From NCBI GenBank assembly GCA_950097015.1, contig CATNEN010000038.1, positions 29,016,001 through 29,080,000 of the forward strand: a DNA stretch of 64,000 bases. The letters run 5' to 3'. This stretch comes from Macrostomum hystrix. Taxonomy: Eukaryota; Animalia; Platyhelminthes. Position 1 is the stretch's first letter, and each line of letters opens with the position of its first letter. A program made the translations under genes and the position numbers. Under the pieces are notes generated by a model. The model was not told the DNA's origin, searched no databases, and saw only the letters and a list, made by a program, of their open reading frames with translations. Below are positions 13,912-24,200 of this stretch, piece after piece.

Positions 13912-15422
13912 TCAGCTAAACCTGCCCGCAGAGCTGCCAGCCAATAGGAAAATCGGATCTGGCGATGATTCAACTGCAGAGTAAGCTGAATGCTGCTGCT
14001 GCTGCTGCTGCTGCTGCTGTATCGAAGACTGCTGTGCCACCGAAGTGGATCCTGGCCCCGGTGGTCCAGGCGGTGCTAGATGGCACCAGCTTGTGTTGGC
14101 ATTCTCCAGGCCGCTGGTGCTATTGTTGTTGCTGTCACCTCCGGGTGACATGCTGAGCTTGTTCCTGGCGCAGATAGAAGCAGCCGGATAGCCGTAGATT
14201 CTAGCGTGCAGCTGCTGCAGCCAGCGCTCAACGTGTTCGTCGTTGGCGAAGATGCTGCAGAAGCGACCGTCGAATAGTTCAACGGGTATGCAGTGCATCA
14301 GGGCCTCGCGGCCGAGATCGTGGTCGCAGATGCGAATAAAAGTTGTGATGACGTATCTGTGTGGCAGCAATGATCGTTTCCATATGAGGTACTTTAGAGT
14401 ATTCGTGCTGAAAATCTCTGTGCATTAAAAAATCTAGTTAATTATCTTGAATTGACTTGACTTTCAATAATAATTAATAATAAACTCATGCAAGCAAATT
14501 GAATTATAAACTTTTTAAATGAAAAAATGCGTGCTAAAAATTCAGTTGTCGAAAAATCTTACTTGAAGACCCGCTTTGATTGATCGCTAAAGTCGGATAG
14601 AAATTTTCGTTCCAGACGAATGACCAGTCGACCCATGGCCCAGAGCAGTTCACGGAAACGGTCATAACTATGACAAAGGTAGTTAAGAACCTCGTCACAT
14701 CCCAAAAAGCTCATGAGAATCTTCAGGGCCATCGAGCGACCGACCTCCGAGATACACTCGCCGAGGCAGAAGATGACTAGACGCAGAAGGTCGCCACGCG
14801 TTGGCTGCAGATGCTGCAGAAGCTGCGGCGGCTCCTGGCGCTGACAGACGGTCAAAATTAGTGACAAGCTGCAGATACGTAGGTGCTCAGTGTCGCGAGT
14901 TTTGCCAACGACTCCCAAAAATGGGAAGAACAGCCGCAGCGCACCAGATTCCAGGAAAGGCTGTCGGGTTCGACGATCAATCACTAGGCGCTGCTGCAGA
15001 GCTGCCACCGAGCATAGCAGATGAACACCTTGGCTGTCCAGGTGTGGCGGATGAATGTCAGGGTACAGGCGCACAGTCTCCATGATTAACAAGGCCAGCA
15101 CACCCGGTGTGCACCACAGCAGGCAGGCTAGGTCCGGTATGATGTCAGACTTCTTGCAGAGCTCGATGATGGCAGAATAACGCCTAGAACTGTCTGCCAG
15201 ATCTGCCAACGATATTGACCAGTCCATCTGCTGCTGCTGCTGCTGCTGATAGGCGAAATCCGATCCGTCAAATGCATCCGCTGTCGTATCGTCTGAGGCG
15301 GCCTCGCAAAGGACGTCCGGCTGCATCATCGGAACTGAGGCCGGGTTGGCAAAGTCGCAATAGCCGCGGCTCCACTCAACGCCATACGGCTGCTGCAGCT
15401 GGTCATCCGAAAACTCCGTCAT
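13912..15422 (-). CDS. CNOT9: Divergent CCR4-NOT subunit 9 (Rcd1/CAF40/RQCD1) paralogue, ~434 aa
   Basis: Exons 15422-14563 and 14356-13912 (gtaag...cacag, phase 2). ELCKKSDIIPDLACLLW, LYPDIHPPHL, PFLGVVGKTRDTEHLRICSL, YLCHSYDRF and REALMHCIP align with Rcd1 [56 protein letters not shown] and REALRQCLP. Confidence 0.88.
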
Positions 15423-15980
15423 TGTTTTGGTGCTACTGGCTTCTCTCAACAGATGCAACGTAAAATTATTTTATTGTTATTTAACTTCTCAGGTAGAATC
15501 GGGGCTGCAATCTTAGTCTAGCCGATCAATAAAACCCACTCAGGGAGTTATGAACGCCAGTCAAAACTCAATGTACATCTCAGAGTAAAAAATATAAGTC
15601 TGGGGGGCAATGAGTACACTACCTTGAAAGCATTATGCCAATATAGAATTCTAAACAATTTTTTAACTTCTTACTACAATGCCCGTTGCTAAACTGAGCA
15701 TGATATTTATATTCTGAAAGCGAGGTAGCATCTGGCGTACTGTACAACTTATGTACATGAGATCAAGGCAAACTTGGTAGATACATTTCACGTGAGTTCA
15801 TAGTTCATTAAAAACCTATGTGAATTGTCAATTTAAAAAGATTTCGTCAAATCATAGAAACTCTATTGAAAGCTTCTTTTTGCTTACTTTGCGGTGTAGT
15901 ATATTAATTTGTAATATTAGCAAATCAGAAATACAAGAACTGTATTAGAAATTTTCAATTGAAATCAAGTCAGCCTGAGG

Positions 15981-17221
15981 CTATACAATCTTCTTCACAC
16001 AGATGGGTGGCAGGTCGTTGAAATTACGTCGAATGTCAACAACGCTTGGAATGGTGACCGGCGCTAGCTTGCGAAAGTCGCAGAGCCGCGCTCTGGTTGC
16101 ACAACGCAGGTTGCTGTAGAGCATTGACGTCGTCTGGTGACCGCCCGCAACCCGGCGATGCGTTTTGAAGCCAGGCTCAGTTACTGCCGTAGCGAAGGAG
16201 TTGTACCTTTCGCTCAAACTGCTGATTCCTAGTGGCAGCGGCGGCTGCTGCTGCTCCTGCTCTTGCTGATGCTGCTTCTAGAAGTAAACAGGTAACACAC
16301 TCGTAGTTAATAATTACGTGGCTTAAAAGGCCTGACTGGTACTAATTATTGCGTTTTCGTTTCATAAACTTCTAAATTTGCTAACATCGAGGATTATTTT
16401 CCTGCTTCTGGAAACCTGTGAGCTAAGGGCGATACATTTTCAGGTAAAAGGGATAATACTCGTAATATTAAAAATATTTGAGGAAGGGCAGAGGGGCACT
16501 GACAACATCATTTGGTAGCAGTGGACCCAATTCCACTGCTACCGCTGACTTCAGGCCACAGACAATCATATGTTGAACAGTCACACACTCATAAATGGGC
16601 GTACACGTGTACGTAAGCAATGACTTTCTTATCTTCTGGCAGTGGTCACTCTCACTGTGCCTTTCGGGTTGGCCCTCGACAAGCCATAAGCCTGCTCTCT
16701 GTGGCTGTGTCAAAAATGAATGTGGCCTCGCAACGGAATCGAGTTCAACGAGCTCAAAGAGCCAGACGCGTTAATGGCACTGCCGCACCCATCTAACCAT
16801 ATCTGTATTGAATGCGCACGCGATGCCTTGTTTGCAGTTTTATGTAAAGTAAGAGGTATGTAAAAATAATAATTACCTTTTTGCTTTTCTTTTCCTCCTC
16901 TAGTTCATGAACTTGACCAATAGCAAGCTTCGGCAAGGACTGATCAGTGCCAGTTTGTCGCGTCGTACGAAAATGTCCATTGCGAAGTGTTGGAAATCTT
17001 TGCCGCTTGTACTCCATGACGCGTCGTTGGTCGCCGCCGTTGCTGCTGCCATCCTGTTGCAGAAAAGTTAGCCGATGCGACCGATGAGTTTCGCCAATGA
17101 CAACAAGACTGGAGCTGCGACCGTTGCCTCTGAGGTAGTCGGCGTACCATTTGGGAAAACGAAATCCGCCCGTGTCTGCCGGATGTGGAAGATCCGCGCT
17201 CGTTGCACCGGCTGCGCTCAT
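15981..17221 (-). CDS. Hypothetical basic protein, two exons, ~213 aa
   Basis: Exon 17221-16877 (115 codons, donor AAG|gtaatt) joins in phase 0 to exon 16277-15981 (acceptor cttctag; KQHQQEQEQQQPP...ICVKKIV*). The intron contains a SINE. Confidence 0.65.
16470..16790 (-). mobile_element. SINE family A copy (diverged)
   Basis: aatgaatgtggcctcgc...gaatcgag and tgactttcttatc are reverse complements of the SINE consensus. Confidence 0.7.
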
Positions 17222-18285
17222 TTTCTGGCTTAGGCTACGGGTAATTAATGAAATCTAAAACTGTAAAACTGTAGTTCTCGCCGCGTAGATCAACTTGCAG
17301 CCGTCGCCGTCAGCGCAGCCTTGTCAGCAATGATAGTGTGCGTACTTCAATTTAATAATAATTAGCGAGTCGAGTCATTCGCTATCGGGTTGCCCCTAGT
17401 GCTCCAATCTTTATGCCATTTTGTTCGTCGCAATTCGTTTTCTTATCTGGCTATTAGCTGTCTACCAAGGCTGTCTTTAGTAAGCTGTAGTCGCTAATAT
17501 ACAGTAAAGTGCCTCAGGGCCAGACCCGCCAGATAGCGAGTTTAATCATTTTCCACCGAGACTGACACAGATAAAACTGCGCATACTGGATCGAGAATTG
17601 ACTGTTGCACCGTCACAGTCGGTTTGTCCAATCGCCAACTCAGCGTTGAAAAATAGGCTAATTAATCCTAATTGAAAATGCGCAGCTTATTTAGCATACG
17701 AAGCTGACTGATAGAAACCTTATATGGCCGGCAGGTCATCTGCCCGAGTGCTTGGCACTTCCTCTATGCGGCCTGGCGTGGTCGATGGATTTGGAATGCT
17801 AACCGGGGACATTGAGTGAAACGAGAGAGGTCACTTTATATAAAAATTTTGCTTAGTTTTATAATTAGTTTAAAAAAACTCTTACGAGTAAATTGAGAAT
17901 TCTACCTTCTATTCTAAGGTAGTACTTAGTACGCAGAATTAAAAATCACATAGTATGAGATTTAGCAACAAAATACCTTTGCAACACGAAATTCACAACT
18001 TTTTATTGACCATCCAAGCTTCCACCGCGAACAAGTGCACGAGTACAATCAAGGTAAATTTACACGACACAAATTAAAAAAAAATCTATGAGGTACTCTG
18101 TTTAAAAAGTGCTGCAAACATTAGTTTAGAAAACTCTTAGAAGATTCCAACAATTAAAAAGTAATAAAAGAAGAATGACAAGTGTTCTTAGTTAAACTGC
18201 CGCAAGATTCAATTTAAAAAAGTAACCATGCAAGCATCATGCAAGCATCATAAACTCCCCAAAATGACTTCATACTTGATCACTT

Positions 18286-21200
18286 TCAAGCCGTCTGTTT
18301 GTCATCGCCGACAGCTTTGAAATCGGTTCTCAAAGACTGTCGTGGACAATCTCGACGTCTCTTCAGACAACGGCCTCGGTGTAGCCAACGGGCTGAACGA
18401 TGGCAAACGCAGCCGCCAACGCAGGCATTTTCGTCGCAATCCCGCCGACTTGTTCTATGCCGATCACATCGACGCAAGTCGCGACAGACGCAGTCTGTGT
18501 AGCGAAAATGTTTCGGACAAAGACTTGCCTTTCCGGCCGAGCACGGATGGGACAGTGCCGGATCCATGGCCAGCACTGGGAGGCCCGATTTGGCGCATGC
18601 ATTCAACGCGGCTCGAACCACCGGGCAGAGGCAGCCATCGGGACTGCGGCGGCTGCGGCAGTCGCAGAGACGCTCCGTGCACCAACTGTAAGTGGACAAA
18701 TGAATTGATTTACTAAGATTTGTAGTGTGGTCAGAGAACTGCAATTTTTGCCACTTACTTGAAGTAGGCCTTAAGCTGCACCCGATCAGAACAGCGCAGC
18801 CGACGGAGGGCCCCGCAATGTTGCCTGCGCCATCGACGCAGCCGCCGCCGCTGCTCTGGTTGTTTGCGAATCTCAGGGCAGGTCGCACGCAGCGTTAACG
18901 AACGTCCACCGCGCTCGCGAGCGTGCTCAGCCCGACAGAAGCCTTTTCTCCAAGACCTTCTTAACCGCCTTGTCCGTCTCCGATGCCGCCTTCTCAAACT
19001 CACAACCGTTTCACACAGTCCACTGAACTGATTTGTTAGACTTCGCGGCTTTGACTGCACTTCTAAATAGCCGGCGCCATTCCATAAAAGTCGAAGTCGA
19101 TCTAGGGGCTTACTCAGCCCCGATACTGTCACTATGGCGTGGCCTGTAACAGTCTCCATGGCAACCAGTGGTTCTGACCTGCCTAGCGAGTCAGCACCTG
19201 CTGGCAGCCCGGTGGCTAGGGTCGCACGACTGACCCAGCGACCGTCCAACCGCGGCTGCAGCTCTGGGCTAATTGTCAGCCTGCGCCCGGAGCCCCACCG
19301 GATGCTGAGGGTGCTTGGGCCGCGGCCTTCTGCGGTAAACATCACCGACAGGCCGGAGAGCTTGTGCCGAACCATAGTGTACCTGCGTGGTCACGGGTTC
19401 GATCTCTTTTTGCAGAAGCAACAAACAAATTCGATGCAGATTTGGTATTTAAGTGATTGGGGGGCTTGGGACTGTAGGCACTGTCGCATAATAGTCGACC
19501 TGCAGCCAGCAATGATGAAATTTCCACTGAGCCCTGAGCCAAAATCACACAGGTGTGTACATCTGCCCTGAATTTTTCATCTGAAAAGAGTGCAAATTTT
19601 TGTTGTGCCTTGAGGTTTGACCCTTGCGATTGAAAATCCCCAGAGCGTTCAATCGGTGGCTTCGCCGCTGGCACCGGTACTTTTGGTGCGGAAGTCGTAC
19701 AGGTTGAAGCTCTTCCGCAATGACGGTTCTGTTGTCGTGCGTTTTCATTCTAAGAAAAATGTATCGAAATATTTGCCTAAGGAAGGTTGAAGTTTTTATT
19801 GCATAAGGTGACTATATAAAATTCGATTGCTTATTGAATCGTTAAAAAATAGTACTATTCTGAGCCGGGAATGTGTTGTCTATGGTAATTATTGCTGAGA
19901 TTTTTTTGACAAAAACCAGGATATTATGTCATATAATCTCCTCGAAATAAGGAGCATTATATGGAACTTTGAAGTGAATTTTGAATTCGGCTTTTACGTT
20001 TTGCTACCACTGACTGACTGGCTGCTTCGTGACTGTATCTTCGTGAGAAATTTATTTTTTGTCTATGGTCGGAATCAAATGGTCTAAACCTATATGTCTA
20101 TCAATCAGATGGGATGCCCCCGAAAATAAGCAATCGAATTTCATATATGATAAACGCCGTTTAATTCATCATAGTCTATGGTTAGAATATCCTCGGCTGC
20201 AATCAATGGTCCTCGGCTCGCTACGCTTGCCTCGAGACCATGAAACGCAGCCTCGGACATTCTAACCACAGAATGTGAATTAGACGGCGTTTATTTTATT
20301 CAGGGAATGAGATGGCGGACCAGCTTGCAAAGGCTGGCGCAGCCAGCTCCCTGATGAGCCCGGGCCCGGAGGTCCCGATACCCGTTTCTGTGGTCAACTC
20401 CAACATCAACCGCTGGATGGAGACCCAACACCGTAGGAGGTGGTCTAGCACACTGAACTGTCGCCAGTCCAGGGCTGCGGTGCCAACCCCCTCTATAGTA
20501 ACCTGCGTAAAGCCTTGCTTAGGCTAAATCGCAGAGACCTGAGAGCAGTCACCATGGCCCTCTCGGGACATGGCTGCTTCACCAGACACCGGTACCTCCA
20601 AGGCCACGTGCCGGAGGAAACGTGTCCCTTCTGCTGCTCCGGACGTGAAAACGCCGAGCATTTCATCTGCCACTGCCCGGCCTTCACCCGGGCTAGGCTA
20701 AAACATCTCGGGCCGGCACCGACCCTAGTCGAAGCCTGCTCGCCCGAGAGCATTCCACAGCTCGCCCACTTCCTTCGGGATACCGGCCTAGCTGATTTCT
20801 TCCCAGCCTATGGCGAGGGGGATCGTGCGGCGGAACCGACCGACGGACCACCCTGAGCGGCACCGCCTCGCTGGAGGCCGTCCGGCTGCCAGGGGTTAGC
20901 GATATGGACGGCACCGACCGCCTCCTCGCTGCGTCCGTCATGGATGCTCCCTGCCGCTAAGTCAAGACGGCGTTTATTATTTACGTAACATACACATACA
21001 CATACATATAAACTATATATGTACACTACTTCAAGTAGTGAAACAACGCCGATTATTTTAACTACGAATGAGCTATCTGTTTTGGTAGCAGAAAGATACC
21101 CGCTGCCTACTTCACGATAGCTCCAAATCCGAATTAAAGATTTTCGTGAAAGTCCACCAGATGCATCAATATTAGTTAAGAAATTTTTGAGCTGAAAAAT

Positions 21201-24200
21201 ATACCTAAATTTGTCTAGTTCTTGCCACCAGACACTCCGACGAGAATCGTTGAATATCTCGACGATGCCGATGTTTCGAGATTCTGAAAGTTGTTTCCTA
21301 GGATAGAGCGGAAAATTTTAGCCCGCGATCTACATTTTCATGGCGATTGGTTGAATGCTTTCGGAGATACAGGAAAAAAAGAAAAAATTGGGTATTTGAA
21401 ATACTCTTTGGGGTCTTTCTACTATCAACAAAATCTCGTTGCTAAGAGCCCCAGTGTTTTGAATATCGTTTATCCTAACGTGGAAATGTGACAATTATTG
21501 CGTGAAATTGAACCAGGTACTATCAGGGCGAAAGTAACGAAGCGATAACAAAACAGCAATGGACTAAAATAAAGCAAAACGACTAACCGACATCCGTTCA
21601 GAATATCCACCGTTCTAGCATCGAAAGTTCTCATCAGCTGACGACCGTGCAGCCACACGCAGACAGCTTCAGTTGCGGAGCTGTTGCCATCCAGTGCTGG
21701 ACAATCCAGCTGACGGCAGGACATCAAGCCGGAGTCGCATGAGCACAGTGAGCACTGATCTGGACGCCAAGTCTCGCCGTGCTGCAAGGCGCCAGACAAC
21801 ATTACGCTTTAATATTTAATGGGAATCGAAATTAACTAAAATAATCGACAAAATGGGATCCTAAGTTTACCTTTCTACCCTAGGGCCACTAGAACTCATT
21901 CGATAGCATTCCCAGAAGTATTTGGAAGTCGGCTTAACTTTCAGATCCAAATGAATGGCTTCTGCCCATTCCTTTTCTCGCATCCTTTCTTATGGTTTAT
22001 TATTTCAAGGCTTGGCAACTGTAAATTGTAGACAATGTTTGCATTAGCCTACGGTATCTACGAGGCAACTGTAGGCAAAGCCATTGCCCGCTGAAGACTA
22101 CCAGTTCATTCCGTTCGCTGTGCAAGTGTGTTTACCTTAAGTGCCGAAATCAAACGCCTACAGATGGATGGCAATTGAATCGCCATTTCTGTCAGCATCG
22201 AATTATGCCTGACGTGTGGCGAAATCGCCAAAACTTCAGAAATCTCTGCGCTTGTTGCGAGATGGGTGAGCCAGTAAGGACCAGATGCGTATGCGAGAAC
22301 ATCTTTGATAAGATTGGGTAACAACTGCACACACTGAAAACGACGTTTTTCGAATTGTAAATGCTAACGCTTGAGAATGAAGTGTTGTAAAGGGATGCCG
22401 TTTTCGCTAAAATGTGTAAAACACCTGGGGCTATTGGGCCAGGCATGCTTGGTTGTCACGGACGCGTTGTTTGGTTGTCATGGCAACGGAAAAGTGTTTT
22501 TTTCGAGTCGCTCGAAAATTGTGTTCTTAAAAAATATAAAGGATTGAGTATATGGTGCTGGCTAACGATCTATATGAGCTTAAGCGGGCATTTATAGGCT
22601 ACAATAATATGATAATGATTTTTAGTGCACTTGCTCTTTTGTACATGAAAGGTGAAAAACGTGTTTTTAGAGGTGCAAAAAAGTGCATTTTTTCTAACGT
22701 TTGGCAGGAAGCAGCTCAAATGCGGCGCGTCAGCGCGGCCTTTGAGCTGCTGAACTGTTTGCGGGACATCTGGGGCTGTCTAATGAAGACAAGCATTTTA
22801 TCAGGTATGCACTTTTCGAACAAAAGTACACTTGTACTTTAAAAGTGCATCTTGTATAGGTGCACTTTGAGGCCCTACTAAGTAAGGAAGCAATGCATTT
22901 TCTGCTTGGTTTTGCATGTTTTTAGAGTCAACTGGATGTCCTCTAAATTTCTGCGTTGGTTTCAGTTTGTTTAAGTGCACTGGTTTAAATATGTCCGGCT
23001 TTAATGTTCAAAAACGTGTTTTTGGACATTTTTGGTCATTGTTTGACTCATAAAAGGAGCCCTAACAATTGTGCGTTTTATGGTGCTGCTTAGCCGCCTG
23101 TTTGTCATTGTTGCCAACATATTCGTTAACGATTCCGTAAATTATCAAATTTTCATGACATGCTGGCGGTGAGCTAGGCTGCTAAAACCTTCAATTTTTT
23201 ACCTGTTGCTCGGCAAAAGTTTAAAGGTTTTGGCGCACAACTTTTGACCAAAACAACATTAAGAAACAAGTGTGGTGTCATTGGATATGTGCTTGGATGC
23301 CCTTTCCAACAAGGTATTGCACGTGTAAATACGTGCAGGTTAGATGTACTTTGTACATGAAAAAGTAAAAAATCGGCAAAAATGGGGGTACAATTTTCAG
23401 ACGCAAATTAAAAAAACTAACTCGCTTAATTTTTTTTCTTACCAGCTTTAAAAGTTTCTCCAATAGATGCTGTAAAACATCTGATGCGAAATTAGCAAAA
23501 CAATAGGCTTAGTTTTTTTATATCGTTTTTGTATTTGAATGGCATTTTGCATTTGCTGTGTAAAGTGCTTTTGTTATTAATTTCTCTTCTGGTGTTTATT
23601 TTGATGTTTCATTGTAGTATCCATGGTTGCGTTTGTGAGTGTAAATATTTTGTTGAACGTAAAATAAAAAAAGGTGTTATAACTTTGAAAAGGTACATGT
23701 GCATTAGAAAATGTTTTCATTTAGCATTTGAAATCTCAATGTTGTTTAGTGAATTGTGTTTTCCTAGAATTTTAGTTATCGTGTTTTACTACTTGCAATA
23801 AAATAAAAATTTAAACGTTTTTCGCATGTTTGCTCATGGCGCGTTTCATTCAATTCAATTGTATCTCAACGTTTTCTGCACTCTATCACTGAATTCATCT
23901 TCCTTCCTTCCTTCCTTGCCTCCTTCTATAATAGTTCATATAACTAGTCTATATTTATAGTCTATAACTATCTTCATTATTAATTTCCCCTATTCATTTT
24001 AGCATCTTTCATTATCACACTTGCTTTTTTCTTATTCATCTAATCATTTTGCCTATTTTGCATATACTCGTAGTTTTTAGTTTCCCTATCACTGTCCCTT
24101 TAATAATAGCAAAATTTTCATGTAAGTATCATTTTATTTATTTGTGCTTGTTGAAACTGGCGGACAACAATGCTCAAGACACTTATCATATCGTTTTAGA

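Noticed and set aside
19152-19165. X-box-like GTCTCCATGGCAAC
   Set aside because: Falls in BMPER coding sequence (VAMET codons), so likely coincidental.
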